From: Alphaproteobacteria bacterium
Lineage (GTDB): Bacteria; Pseudomonadota; Alphaproteobacteria; JBFXJJ01
Assembly: GCA_050175015.1 (NCBI GenBank)
Contig: JBFXJJ010000008.1
Coordinates: forward strand, 12,415 to 76,414
DNA length: 64,000 nucleotides
Direction of reading: 5' to 3'
In this document: one piece after another, positions 19,512 to 29,846 of the stretch
How the letters are laid out: each line of letters begins with the position of its first letter
Numbering within the stretch: the stretch's first letter is position 1
Translations under genes and position numbers: made by a program
Notes under the pieces: generated by a model
Databases searched by the model: none
What the model was told of the DNA's origin: nothing
The model's input: the letters and a program-made list of their open reading frames with translations, nothing else

Positions 19512-21872
19512 ATGAATAATAATACTCAAAGCAACATTGAACTTTTATCTCCTGTTGGCAATCTGGAATCTGCCTATGCTGCATTTTCTAGTGGAGCAGA
19601 TGCCATTTATTTAGGATTAAAGAAGTTTTCAGCGAGGTCAGGAACGCTTAATTTTGCAAAAGAAGAGCTTGAGCAGATAGTTTTTTATGCTCATGGCCAG
19701 CAGCCAAGGAAAAAAGTTTTTGCAGCAGTTAATACCATAGTTAGAGAAGATGAAATACCTGAGCTTGTTGAACTTATATTTACAGCTGAGCAAGCAGGAA
19801 TTGATGCCGTTATTATTCAAGATATTGGCGTTTATTCTCTTATAAAAGAGCATTTTCCAAAACTTGCTCTGCACGCGAGTACCCAAATGGCGGTTCATAG
19901 TAGCGCAGGTTGCAGAGTTTTAAAAAAACTAGGATTCGAGAGAGTTGTTTTAGCTAGAGAGCTTACGATTGATGAAGTAAAAGATGCCTCGAGTCAAGGA
20001 ATAGAGACTGAAGTTTTTATTCACGGAGCTTTATGCTACAGTTATAGCGGTTTATGTCTTTATTCTGCAATGTGTTATGGTCATAGTGCTAATCGTGGCA
20101 GCTGTACCTATCCTTGCCGTGAATTTTTTTCATCTAAAAACAGCCAAGAAGAAGGTTATCTTTTTTCTATGATGGATCTCGCTCTTTTGGACGATGTTAA
20201 GCTTTTAGAAAAAGCTGGAGTGGCATCACTAAAGATTGAAGGCAGGAAGAGAAGTACAGGCTATATAGCCTCTGCTACAGAGCTTTACCGCCGCATTTTA
20301 GATGGAAATATTAACACCGAATTGCGCAATAAATTGATTAATCTTGTTAAGGTTTCTTTTGGTCGGAAATGGACCGAACTTTATTTAAAAAATCCTGAAA
20401 ACAAAGAGGTAATCAATAAAAACACAGTTGGTCATCTTGGAACCCAGATAGGGGTTGTCGGCGCTTTTTTTAAAAAAGGAAAAAGGGGTTTTATAGCATT
20501 TAAAACATCAATAGATTTTGGCAGGCACGATGTTCTGAAAATTGAAAAACCCGATGATTTCCAAGTTTTTGCTTTTCCTGTCGATGAGCTTTTTATAAGA
20601 GATGGGGGGAAAAGTAAAAGGGTTTTTGAAGCTAAAGCAGGGCAGGAAGTAGAGGTTGCTTTACCTGATGACTATCCTTTTATAGCATCTCAATATCCTG
20701 TTTTTTGTGCTTCATCTCAAGCTATTAAAAATGAAGTGGTTTCCAATAGTGTAAAGAAAGAAAATCCTATAGCTCTCGAAATTGAGCTTGTTATCAAAGA
20801 AACAGAAATTATATCTTATGTTAAAGTTAAGCTTTTAAATGACGACAATGTAGAGTTGGCTTTTAAGCATAGTGTTTCTTTGGAAAAAGCTCAAAAAGAT
20901 AATAATGAAGAGCTTGTAAAGGCTTTTAGCAAATTTGGTGATACTTGTTTTTATGTTTCCAATCTAAAACTTAAAAATGATGGCTTTTTTGTACCGTTAT
21001 CACTAATAAAAGATTATCGAAGAAGGCTCGCTTCTGAGATTGAAAGTGCTCTAAATAAAAGAAAAACTTTTAAATTATCTGAAATCGCTAAAAGTTTGAA
21101 AGCACCTGAACATTTTGAAATTCATCAAAATTTAAAAGTCGTTGGAATTTTTGATAACTATAAAAAACTTCTAGATGCCAAAGAGCAGGTGCAGAAGTTA
21201 TATGAAATAATCCTGTCGCTAGAAAATTTTGAAATAACAGAAATATTAGAACTTAATAAAATTTTTGAAAATAAAATTAGGATTCAGTTTCCAACAATAT
21301 GTCGTAATAAGGATTATGAAAACCTAAAAGCTACAGCTAAAAAGCTTTGTTCTTTAGGCTTTGCAAAATGGGAATTTACAGGGTTTTGGGGGTTTGATGC
21401 TTTAGGGATTGAACCAGATAAAGAAAGTTTAACAAAAAGCGGTTTAGATATAACCGCAGCCTGGCCTCTATATGTAATGAATACGCTTGCGGCTAAGGCG
21501 TTGCTTGAAATAGGTTTTTCAAGATTTACACTTTGCTTGGAAGATGATTTTAGCAATAGTGAAAAAATAATTGATAGCTATCCCAAAGCTTCGACTCTCA
21601 CTATTTATCATAATACGCCGCTTTTTATTTCAGCAAACAAGCCATCAAATTATAATAATATGGAAATTATTTCAAAAAAGAAATTTGAGTTTGTGATTAA
21701 AAATCAAAAAGATAGATACGAAATTGTTCCAGTAAAACCTGTTTTTATTCAATCTAGTAAAGATGAAATGTTAAAAAAAGGTATAAATTTTATAAAAATT
21801 GATACAAGTAACAGTTCTTTGAAAATAAAAGATATTTTTTCGATAATTAAAACTAAGGGCTATGATTTATAA
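19512..21872 (+). CDS. Peptidase U32 family protein (collagenase-like), long form with C-terminal extension
   Basis: 786 aa. N-terminal ELLSPVGNLESAYAAFSSGADAIYLG and the conserved ExxxxRELxxxE-like region ARELTIDEV. Confidence 0.85.
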   Translation: MNNNTQSNIELLSPVGNLESAYAAFSSGADAIYLGLKKFSARSGTLNFAKEELEQIVFYAHGQQPRKKVFAAVNTIVREDEIPELVELIFTAEQAGIDAVIIQDIGVYSLIKEHFPKLALHASTQMAVHSSAGCRVLKKLGFERVVLARELTIDEVKDASSQGIETEVFIHGALCYSYSGLCLYSAMCYGHSANRGSCTYPCREFFSSKNSQEEGYLFSMMDLALLDDVKLLEKAGVASLKIEGRKRSTGYIASATELYRRILDGNINTELRNKLINLVKVSFGRKWTELYLKNPENKEVINKNTVGHLGTQIGVVGAFFKKGKRGFIAFKTSIDFGRHDVLKIEKPDDFQVFAFPVDELFIRDGGKSKRVFEAKAGQEVEVALPDDYPFIASQYPVFCASSQAIKNEVVSNSVKKENPIALEIELVIKETEIISYVKVKLLNDDNVELAFKHSVSLEKAQKDNNEELVKAFSKFGDTCFYVSNLKLKNDGFFVPLSLIKDYRRRLASEIESALNKRKTFKLSEIAKSLKAPEHFEIHQNLKVVGIFDNYKKLLDAKEQVQKLYEIILSLENFEITEILELNKIFENKIRIQFPTICRNKDYENLKATAKKLCSLGFAKWEFTGFWGFDALGIEPDKESLTKSGLDITAAWPLYVMNTLAAKALLEIGFSRFTLCLEDDFSNSEKIIDSYPKASTLTIYHNTPLFISANKPSNYNNMEIISKKKFEFVIKNQKDRYEIVPVKPVFIQSSKDEMLKKGINFIKIDTSNSSLKIKDIFSIIKTKGYDL

Positions 21873-21953
21873 CATTTTTGTTATCTTGGTATATATTATT
21901 TTTTTTCATATCATAAAAGGCATAGTTCACAAAATTATAAGGGGGGATGAGCT

Positions 21954-22382
21954 ATGGATTTTAATGATAAAAATTTTCAAGATATTTTGAAACTAGCAGA
22001 AGAAGCTAAAGAAGATCAGATGCTAGATATCAATAATAAAGAAAAAAGATTTGATGTCGTTATATCTCCAAAGGTTATGATTGAGAGAATGGAGATTACT
22101 GCTCAAATTGGTTATCTTATGTCATGGTTTTTTTATCAAAAGGCCGTTGAAAATGGAGAAATATCAGAGTTTGAGGCTCTTAAAATGTATAAACCGCTTT
22201 GCGAAAGCTGCCTTTTTAAAACATGTAATGGCAGAAAATGTATAAGCGAGGAATGTGCATGCAGGAAAGACAATATTGTAACTGAAAGTTTTGCTAAGCT
22301 TAGGGAAAAAACCTCAGAGCTTTATTGCAGAATTTCAAGATTAGATAAAATGTTGAGGGACAAAGAAGCTGCTGCAGTTTAA
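21954..22382 (+). CDS. Hypothetical Cys-rich protein
   Basis: 142-aa ORF with a good RBS (AGGGGGGATGAG). Followed by a terminator. Confidence 0.4.
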   Translation: MDFNDKNFQDILKLAEEAKEDQMLDINNKEKRFDVVISPKVMIERMEITAQIGYLMSWFFYQKAVENGEISEFEALKMYKPLCESCLFKTCNGRKCISEECACRKDNIVTESFAKLREKTSELYCRISRLDKMLRDKEAAAV

Positions 22383-22426
22383 AAGGGTCTAACTCTAATT
22401 ATATCGTTTCTGGAAAATTATCAAAA

Positions 22427-22456
22427 AAACCGTCATATTTTGTATGACGGTTTTTT
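22427..22456 (+). terminator. Rho-independent terminator
   Basis: AACCGTCATA-TTTTG-TATGACGGTT hairpin followed by TTTTT. Confidence 0.55.
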
Positions 22457-22721
22457 ATTTTTATAGTTGATTACTTGAATAAAGTAGTATTTTTCAGTTT
22501 TTCTACGTCTAGACGTATTTAAAAACTTTTGGGAACTAATTAAGATTGCCTTTGTTAAAAGTTGCAACCTATTTGTTTTAGAATATATCCCCAATCGAAA
22601 AATACTTTTTTCACAAGACCATAAAAGGTCAAGTAGTAACTCCTAATTTGTCTAACTTTTCTTGGATTGATTTTTCAATCATAAATTCTACATTAAGAAC
22701 TATCCAATAAGAATTATAAAA

Positions 22722-22928
22722 TTAGTTTTCAAGTTTAAGGTTGCCAGCAGCTTCACGTCCGCGTTCAACGACTTTTTCGAAAACAACTTTATCACCTTCG
22801 TTAAGTGATTTAAGGCCAGAACGTTCAACAGCAGAGATGTGAACAAAAACATCTTTTGAGCCATCTTCAGGCTGAATAAATCCGTAACCTTTGGTTTTGT
22901 TAAACCATTTGACTGTTCCGTTAGTCAT
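22722..22928 (-). CDS. cspA: Cold-shock protein, CspA family
   Basis: 68 aa. [18 protein letters not shown]-1 motif and VFVHISA RNP-2 motif. Confidence 0.92.
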   Translation of the reverse strand: MTNGTVKWFNKTKGYGFIQPEDGSKDVFVHISAVERSGLKSLNEGDKVVFEKVVERGREAAGNLKLEN

Positions 22929-23191
22929 TTATAGTCTCCATATAGATAAAAATTTAAAAATATACTCCAGTAATAAAAAGTTAAAACTGGACATCAACCA
23001 TCTTTTGTAAAATCGCTTGAAAATAGTCCGACTGCGTAGTAGCTGTTGCTGGCTAAAAAAAGCTCCTTGCCAAAACAAGATTGTCTATAGATTAGGCTTT
23101 AAAAATTGTCTAAAGTCAATAGTTATTATCAATAAAGTTGTTTACTAATGAATAGTGTTTGAGTATTTTTATATTTCTGAACTTTTAATGC

Positions 23192-23269
23192 GCACTCGTA
23201 GCTCAGTTGGATTAGAGTGTCGGCCTCCGAAGCCGAAGGTCGCAGGTTCGAATCCTGTCGAGTGCGCCA
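23192..23269 (+). tRNA. tRNA-Arg (anticodon CCG)
   Basis: Manual cloverleaf. Acceptor GCACTCG/CGAGTGC, D-arm GCTC..GAGT, anticodon stem TCGGC/GCCGA with loop CTCCGAA, T-arm GCAGG-TTCGAAT-CCTGT, discriminator G and encoded CCA. Confidence 0.85.
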
Positions 23270-23632
23270 CTAATAATTTACTGATTTAATTAATTTATTT
23301 TTGTTTTTCGTTTTCGTGAAACAGCCCACAAAAACCCCTTGCGGGACAGTATGGGGACAAAATTTTTAAAAAATCTTGATAAATACTAATTATCTACAAC
23401 AATTAACAATTAAACCTTCAACGCAAACTTAAGCTTTTCCAAAAGATTTAGATTGTTGTTTTTTGTTGTTTATGGTTATTGATTGTCCCTTAGTTGTCCT
23501 TTTTAATACGTATTGCTAACAATATATCTTTTTAAAACAATATATTAGTGTATAAGATTGTCGGAATTATACTCTAATTGATTTATTTAAAAATATAATC
23601 TATAATGATGTGCGATTTTTAAAGGAGAGGTT

Positions 23633-24697
23633 ATGGCAACGATTGAAAAAAGAGAAACAGGCAAAGGGCTTCAGTATCGAGTTAAAGTTCGCAAAAAAGG
23701 CTTTCCAGCTCAAACCGCAACATTTTCTCGCTTAACAGATGCTAAGAATTGGGCGAATGAAATTGAAAGTTCTATTGTTAATAACCGCTATTTTCCAACC
23801 AATGAGCTTCGCAAAAGAACGATATCCGATTTAATTGAAAGATATATCAAAGAGGTTTTATCTAAAAAACCAAGACGAGCTTATGATGCTGTTCCTAAGC
23901 TTCGTTGGTGGCAGGAAAAAATTGGTTTATACACTTTGGCAGATTTAACAACCTCACTTCTTTTCGAAACAAGACAAAAACTTTTTGATGATGATATTAA
24001 AAACGGTAAGAAAAGAAGCAATACAACAGTTAATAAATATGCAACGGCTTTAAATACGGCTTTAAACATTGCGGTTAATGAATTGCAATGGCTTGAAAAT
24101 AATCCAATGAATAAGATTAAGAAGTTGAAAGAGCCAAGAGGCAGGGTTCGTTATTTATCAGAAGAAGAAAAAAACTCATTATTGAATGCTTGTAAGGAAA
24201 GCAAGAATCCGCATTTATTTAATGTTGTTTATCTGGCTTTAAGCACAGGAGCTAGATATGGCGAAATAATCAACTTAAAATGGGAGCAAATCGATTTTAA
24301 CCGCAAAGTCATCACTTTATACGAAACTAAAAACGGCGAAATAAGACTTTTGCCTCTGGTGGGCAAGTCTTATGAATTAATGAGAGAGCATTCTAAGGTT
24401 AGAAGAATTGATAGTGATTTGGTTTTTCCAAGTGCGATAAAACCTCAAAAGCCGATTGAAATAAGAAAATCTTGGCTTAACGCTCTTGAAAAAGCAGGAA
24501 TTGAAGATTTTAGATTTCACGATTTAAGACATTCAACTGCTTCTTATCTTGCTATGAATGGAGCAACTCTAGCCGAAATTGCAGAGGTTCTAGGGCATAA
24601 GACTTTGGAAATGGTTAAAAGATACTCACATCTATCCGAAGCCCACACCGCAGGCGTTTTAGAACGAATGAATCAAAAGTTTTTAGGTGAAGATTGA
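23633..24697 (+). CDS. int: Tyrosine site-specific integrase
   Basis: 354 aa. Catalytic region HDLRHSTASYLAMNGATLAEIAEVLGHKTLEMVKRYSHL (R..HxxR..Y). Confidence 0.85.
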   Translation: MATIEKRETGKGLQYRVKVRKKGFPAQTATFSRLTDAKNWANEIESSIVNNRYFPTNELRKRTISDLIERYIKEVLSKKPRRAYDAVPKLRWWQEKIGLYTLADLTTSLLFETRQKLFDDDIKNGKKRSNTTVNKYATALNTALNIAVNELQWLENNPMNKIKKLKEPRGRVRYLSEEEKNSLLNACKESKNPHLFNVVYLALSTGARYGEIINLKWEQIDFNRKVITLYETKNGEIRLLPLVGKSYELMREHSKVRRIDSDLVFPSAIKPQKPIEIRKSWLNALEKAGIEDFRFHDLRHSTASYLAMNGATLAEIAEVLGHKTLEMVKRYSHLSEAHTAGVLERMNQKFLGED

Positions 24698-24835
24698 GGC
24701 TTAACTTAAATATAAAAAATTTAATTTTATAGTAAAGTCAGTTAAAAATGATGCTAAAGTTAGGCAAACAAATAACTAAAAACAACAGAAAATTATCTTG
24801 TTTTCATAAGCATTTTATTTTGATTTGACATGTGT

Positions 24836-24881
24836 CTCATAACCTGAAGGTCGTAGGTTCAAATCCTGCCCCCGCAACCAA
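24836..24881 (+). repeat. 3'-half fragment of a tRNA-Met (initiator-like) gene; candidate att site, left end of the inner element
   Basis: CTCATAACCTGAAGGTCGTAGGTTCAAATCCTGCCCCCGCAACCA matches the anticodon loop (CAT) to CCA end of tRNA-fMet. No 5' half upstream. An imperfect copy lies at 53947-53995. Confidence 0.6.
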
Positions 24882-24909
24882 AATTAGATTGTAATATCAA
24901 TAAGTTAGA

Positions 24910-24937
24910 AAAATAAAAAGCCTCGAGAATCACTCGG
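24910..24937. terminator. Hairpin terminator flanked by A- and T-runs (bidirectional)
   Basis: AGCCTCGAG-aatca-CTCGGGGCT then TTTTT, preceded by AAAATAAAAA. Lies between the integrase and the convergent 580-aa gene. Confidence 0.5.
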
Positions 24938-25055
24938 GGCTTTTTGCTGTTGCCGCACCATTGCCGCAACGTGTGTTAATATCCATTAAAAAACTACCCA
25001 CAAGATTTTTGACATGGGATTCTTTTATATTGGAGATAGGGAGTTTTATATGAAA

Positions 25056-26798
25056 TTACATATTACAAAAGCGATACCAGTAATTAGCTGGAACGAGGGT
25101 TCTAAAGTGTCTATAAGCAATAAAATCTATTCCAAAATAACCATAATTATATGTTGGAGATTTTTCAACGCAATCGAAATGATCTAATTCTAAAAATTTT
25201 AGCATTATTTCTTTATAAGAGTTTATATCGACTTCTAATTTAATAGGTGCTTCAGAATGTCCTGCTTTATGGTGCAATGGAGAAAAATATAAATCATTTA
25301 AATCTTTACTTAAAGGATACCAAAGTTGAGCAGTAGTTTCTTTACATACCCCACTCATCATAACATACAAATTTTTGTAAAACTCTTCTTGTTTTAAGTT
25401 TACTGCCCAACCAGCAAAAGTTGGTATAAGCCAAGACATATTAGTTAATTTTTTAAATACGTCTTCATTTAAACTTTCTGTTCTAGACGTAATCAAATCG
25501 TCAAAATTATCAGTTGATATTGGATAAAAATAACGCTTAGACATTGTATAACCAAAAACTTCAACAATATCTATAAGCCATTGTGAAGCTATTTTATTTT
25601 CTCCCATCAACATTAGTAAAGACATAGCAAGTGTTATATCTATACAATTTTCATCAAAGCAAGGAGAATTAGATATTGAGTTGTTTTGTATAATTCCTAC
25701 AAGCAAAGATGTTGCTTTTTGGGCAGTTTTGAATTCTGAATAGGTGTTGTTGTTTGAAAAATAAAAATGAGAAAGTCCAATAGAGGATACTAATCCAATA
25801 ATTTCAAAAACTAATATACTAAACAGGCTACTATCTCTTGTGTATCCAGATAAGCCGTCTCTAACCATACAGTGGCGTTCAATTTTAGTTAGAAACTTTT
25901 TAGAAATATCTGAGTAAGTATTCCAAATGTTTTTAAAAGATGGTAAAAGTTTTTTTCTATCTCTCTCTGAAAGTTGGTTTAATAAGTTCCAAGACCAGAC
26001 AACAGCTCTTTCTGCTCCAATTACAGCTGGTTTTATATTGCCCTCATTCTCTGCCCAGTTAGTTAAAAGCCGAGTTGCTAAGTTTACACGGACAAGAGCT
26101 TTTTGTATTTCTTTTACTTTTTTCTTATCTTTTGTAAAAACACCATTTTTATCAAAATTTAATTGCCTTTGCAGAATATTATAAAAGTGTTTAAGAGAAT
26201 AATCAGGTTCACCAATTAAAGCTAGTGTTCTACGAAGATCATTACGCTCATCTTTGTCAAATAAGTTTTCATTTAAAAGATATTTTTGAATAAAGTTTGA
26301 TATTTCATCAGCACCCCAGAAATCAAACTCTGCATCATCTTTATGATCATTTGTATATCCTGCCCAATTTGGCTGAATTTCTTCTTTTAAGTCCCCAGTT
26401 GTGCCAAGAACAATTTTTTTAGGAAGTCTTTGTGCATTTGAGGGAACGCAACTTCTTAGGTAAACATCAAAAATTTCGTTTAGTGATGGGCGAACATCTT
26501 GTGTTCCTGTGTCCCAATTAGAACGACCAATATCTCCTTGTTTGAGAACGAATAAGAATAATTTCTCTATATTATCTTTGGGGTCAATACCAATGGCAGA
26601 TAAATCAACACCATTTTGCCTAGTCCCTCGTTGCGTTTTAGAGGTTGGTATAATTCCCATAGAATTTAATAAATCTGGAAGCAGCTTATCAAACTCGTCT
26701 CTTTCTTTTAATGTTCTTAAATATGTGGAAATAATTAATTTCATAAGATTTAACCCTGCTTTTCTTTTCTTACATTTATCAAACAAGATCTGCGGCAT
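25056..26798 (-). CDS. Hypothetical large protein; possible N-terminal PD-(D/E)xK nuclease-like motif
   Basis: 580 aa. GVDLSAIGIDPKDNIEKLFLFVLKQ resembles a D...ExK restriction-endonuclease-fold core. The rest is unrecognised. Confidence 0.35.
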   Translation of the reverse strand: MPQILFDKCKKRKAGLNLMKLIISTYLRTLKERDEFDKLLPDLLNSMGIIPTSKTQRGTRQNGVDLSAIGIDPKDNIEKLFLFVLKQGDIGRSNWDTGTQDVRPSLNEIFDVYLRSCVPSNAQRLPKKIVLGTTGDLKEEIQPNWAGYTNDHKDDAEFDFWGADEISNFIQKYLLNENLFDKDERNDLRRTLALIGEPDYSLKHFYNILQRQLNFDKNGVFTKDKKKVKEIQKALVRVNLATRLLTNWAENEGNIKPAVIGAERAVVWSWNLLNQLSERDRKKLLPSFKNIWNTYSDISKKFLTKIERHCMVRDGLSGYTRDSSLFSILVFEIIGLVSSIGLSHFYFSNNNTYSEFKTAQKATSLLVGIIQNNSISNSPCFDENCIDITLAMSLLMLMGENKIASQWLIDIVEVFGYTMSKRYFYPISTDNFDDLITSRTESLNEDVFKKLTNMSWLIPTFAGWAVNLKQEEFYKNLYVMMSGVCKETTAQLWYPLSKDLNDLYFSPLHHKAGHSEAPIKLEVDINSYKEIMLKFLELDHFDCVEKSPTYNYGYFGIDFIAYRHFRTLVPANYWYRFCNM

Positions 26799-28465
26799 TC
26801 ATAATCAGCACTGTTTAAAACAAATCTTCTTGGTAGTGTAAAACCAGATGAAAACTCCATATACCCTGTTGGTTCAGAATAGTTGCCTTCTAAAAGACTA
26901 AAGTTGGCAATACCAGCTTTTATAGGAACGACAGCACAAATTTGCCTAACAATAGATTTTTTTTCTCCTTCTTCCATGCTTTTTTGCATTCTTTTGTTTT
27001 CTGCCTTATGGAAGGCTTCTTTCATATTTTTAGACGGTTTTAACTCTTGTATCTCGGGCAACACGTCTAAAGCACTCATATAATTATTGATAAAGCTTGA
27101 AGCATCTTCACAAAGTTTTTTTATTTTTCCATTTTGTTCTGATAAACTGATATTGTTGAGTTTTTCAATTGTTAAAATAGGATAATCTAGACCAAGTTCC
27201 TCTGTAAAGAGCTCAAACAAAAGACCATATTTGTTATCTATAATTTCTGGAATTAGTAGTGATGAAAATGACGAGATGGCTTGCTCTTCATTTATAATAA
27301 CTCCTAGACATCTTTTTATGAAAAAAAGAAAATCTTTATCATTCATATTTTTGACAATATCTAAATCAAAAATAAGATTGTTTGCTTTAGAAACCGATAA
27401 TTTCTCTAATATTTCTTTTACAAACAAAACATAGCACATACTTTCTTTTGTAAGCCATTTTGTAACAAGATTAGAAATAACGTTAGGGCTTTCAAATAAC
27501 TTATAAAAAACATTATCAAAGCACTCTAATATTTTTATGTTCAATTTTCTTGAATCGTTATTTTTAACCCAATTTTCTATATAAGATATAGCTAATTCAA
27601 TATCACCACCTTCCGCTATTTTCTGTAAAACATAGTCAAAGTTTTGTATCGCACCTTTAGCAGAAGGTTTTATATATAATAAACAATTTAATAATGGCTC
27701 AAATAACCCTTGATGACGAATAGCTTCATCATTTCTAAACAGCAAGTCAGCTATAAAAGCTAAAGCCGTATCATCTTTAGCTTCTCCAAGCTCCAAAAGT
27801 TTTTTTGTTGCATTAATCCACTCTATTGAAGCTTCGGCTAAAGCTTGTATAGTTGCGTTTTTTATAGAAGTATCTTGAGATGATAGCCCTCTATTAAATT
27901 TATCCCATACAGCATCTTTATGTTTATCAGAAACACACTGTAATCTTGCTAGTCTTCCTAAAAGCCAAATATTATTTTGTGCAAGAAAATCACTACCGTT
28001 AAACACCGTTTCTAATATAAGATTTATAACTATATCAGGTTCTTTTTTCGCCCAAGCAATAACAGCTACATTGTATATTGAAGAGGTTTCTTCTGTAAGG
28101 CTTACTTTTAAAAGGTTGATAATATCACTACAGACATTAATGTCATCTCTAAGCCTAACCTCTAGTTTGTTTGGGAAGACGCCAGAGGCATAATCATTGC
28201 AAGTCTTTGGGTGTTGAACTCTGCATAGTTCGATTAAATTTTCTGCATTTAAAGATGTGATGAAAGGTAAAGCATCTCCTACTAAATGCAATACCTGAAA
28301 TAAATCAAAAGTATTCTCATTTATAACATCACAAGCAAGCTTAAAAATATCATTATGGTTATGAACTTTTGCTAAAAAACGACCAACAATATCTTTGTTT
28401 TTTTGTCTCCATAAATTATGGGCATGCTCAAAAATTTTCTCTGGTTTTATAGTTTTATTTTTCAT
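26750..28465 (-). CDS. Hypothetical alpha-helical repeat (HEAT/ARM-like) protein
   Basis: 571 aa, helix-rich with no catalytic motif seen. Overlaps the downstream gene by 49 nt. Confidence 0.35.
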   Translation of the reverse strand: MKNKTIKPEKIFEHAHNLWRQKNKDIVGRFLAKVHNHNDIFKLACDVINENTFDLFQVLHLVGDALPFITSLNAENLIELCRVQHPKTCNDYASGVFPNKLEVRLRDDINVCSDIINLLKVSLTEETSSIYNVAVIAWAKKEPDIVINLILETVFNGSDFLAQNNIWLLGRLARLQCVSDKHKDAVWDKFNRGLSSQDTSIKNATIQALAEASIEWINATKKLLELGEAKDDTALAFIADLLFRNDEAIRHQGLFEPLLNCLLYIKPSAKGAIQNFDYVLQKIAEGGDIELAISYIENWVKNNDSRKLNIKILECFDNVFYKLFESPNVISNLVTKWLTKESMCYVLFVKEILEKLSVSKANNLIFDLDIVKNMNDKDFLFFIKRCLGVIINEEQAISSFSSLLIPEIIDNKYGLLFELFTEELGLDYPILTIEKLNNISLSEQNGKIKKLCEDASSFINNYMSALDVLPEIQELKPSKNMKEAFHKAENKRMQKSMEEGEKKSIVRQICAVVPIKAGIANFSLLEGNYSEPTGYMEFSSGFTLPRRFVLNSADYECRRSCLINVRKEKQG

Positions 28466-28480
28466 TATTTTGTAAACTCT

Positions 28481-28975
28481 TTAAGGATTTCTTTGTTTCA
28501 ATATTGTGCATCGCTTCAAAAAAGATTCTGATAATATTTTTTCCTTGTTTGTTGCAGATTTTTTATATTGTTCATCTGATATTACGAGAACTTTTTTAAG
28601 GTTTTTAACTCCTAACGAAACAAGCCATTCAAAATATGGTTTTAGATGGTTGCTTATTTGCTCAACATTTGTTTGTTGACCGTTTTCCTTCATAACTATT
28701 ATTAATGTTAAATTTAAATTTTGGTAATAAGCATAAAAGAATGCTTTGATTAATGAACCGACAAAAGCTTTTCTATCCGTTTTTCGTTCACTTTCAAGGA
28801 TAATCCAGTTTTTTCCCTCATTATCTTTTATTGAAACATCTGGATAGTAATCATTACTATCTGAAATCTTTTCACCTTTTGTGTTTATGGTATAATTATC
28901 TGGTATTATATGCTCAAAATTTTTAAATTCTTTATCTTTCATAAAAACCCCTAGTTTTTTTAAATAAAATACCAT
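28481..28975 (-). CDS. Hypothetical protein
   Basis: 164-aa ORF, first gene of the three-gene co-directional cassette. Confidence 0.3.
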   Translation of the reverse strand: MVFYLKKLGVFMKDKEFKNFEHIIPDNYTINTKGEKISDSNDYYPDVSIKDNEGKNWIILESERKTDRKAFVGSLIKAFFYAYYQNLNLTLIIVMKENGQQTNVEQISNHLKPYFEWLVSLGVKNLKKVLVISDEQYKKSATNKEKILSESFLKRCTILKQRNP

Positions 28976-29053
28976 GAAAAATGATTTAATTCTATTAATA
29001 ATAGTAATGGTTAAACGTCCTATTTTTTCCTCTTTATATTAGCGGGGGTGATT

Positions 29054-29190
29054 AACCCTCTACGTCTCTACAAGTGTTGATAACTGCGACTTACAGAGAA
29101 AATAACCCGCTACACAAAATTTATGATGTAGAGGGTTCGCTTAGAGCGTTTGTCATTGGTTTTGCTGGCTTGTAGCAAGGTAGAGGGTTG
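29054..29190. repeat. Iteron cluster (CCCTCTAC / GTAGAGGG), copy 1
   Basis: CCCTCTACGTCTCTACAA followed by inverted GTAGAGGG copies at 29127 and 29181, plus a degenerate CCCGCTAC. Homologous to 48711-48845. Confidence 0.5.
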
Positions 29191-29194
29191 AGGT

Positions 29195-29494
29195 TTAAGC
29201 AACCTTGTTGTAAGGAACAATCGCTTCAAGTTCGCTTGCTATCTTTCTTTTGGTTTTGATAAGCTCAAAATCTTCTTGAATGCCTAAAAAATAGCCTTCG
29301 GACAAACCAAAATATTTAGTAAGTCTTAAATCGGTATCTGCGGTTATGCCTCTCTTACCATTGATAATATCGCTAATGCGGTTTTGAGGTATCCCCAGAG
29401 CCTTCGCAAGAGAATTTTGAGATAATCTTAAGGGCTCTATAAACTCTTCCTGTAAGACTTCGCCAATGTGGGGTATGTCGATATATTTTTCCAT
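29195..29494 (-). CDS. higA: HigA-family antitoxin (XRE-type HTH)
   Basis: 99 aa. LAKALGIPQNRISDIINGKRGITADTDLRL HTH. Sits downstream of the toxin, as in higBA. Confidence 0.8.
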   Translation of the reverse strand: MEKYIDIPHIGEVLQEEFIEPLRLSQNSLAKALGIPQNRISDIINGKRGITADTDLRLTKYFGLSEGYFLGIQEDFELIKTKRKIASELEAIVPYNKVA

Positions 29495-29564
29495 TTTGAT
29501 AAACCCTTAAAAATAAAACCTTATTAGTTATATATAATACAGATAACATATAAAGTCAAGATTT

Positions 29565-29846
29565 TTAGTGATAATCAACAATTTCAACATTATGAGCGTC
29601 TTTGTCCTGCCAAACAAAACATATTCGCCATTTGTCGTTTATTCTGATTGAATGTTGCTCTTTTCTATCGCCTTTCAATGCCTCAAGATTGTTAGATGGA
29701 GGGATTTTTAAGTCCTCAATCCTTTTAGCCCTATTTATCATCGCAAGCTTGATTATAGCTCTTCTTTGAATATCAAAAGGAAGCTTTTTTGAGGTTTCTC
29801 CGTGCCAAATCTTGGCTGTTTCTTTGCATTTAAAAGATACTATCAT
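29565..29846 (-). CDS. higB: HigB-family toxin (RelE/ParE superfamily killer protein)
   Basis: 93 aa. ...WRICFVWQDKDAHNVEIVDYH C-terminus typical of HigB. Confidence 0.8.
   Translation of the reverse strand: MIVSFKCKETAKIWHGETSKKLPFDIQRRAIIKLAMINRAKRIEDLKIPPSNNLEALKGDRKEQHSIRINDKWRICFVWQDKDAHNVEIVDYH

Noticed and set aside
24836-24881. Functional tRNA-Met gene
   Set aside because: Only the 3' half, from the anticodon loop onward, is present. No D-arm or 5' acceptor strand lies upstream. The same holds for 53947-53995, which is further mutated in the T-arm. Both were treated as att remnants, not genes.
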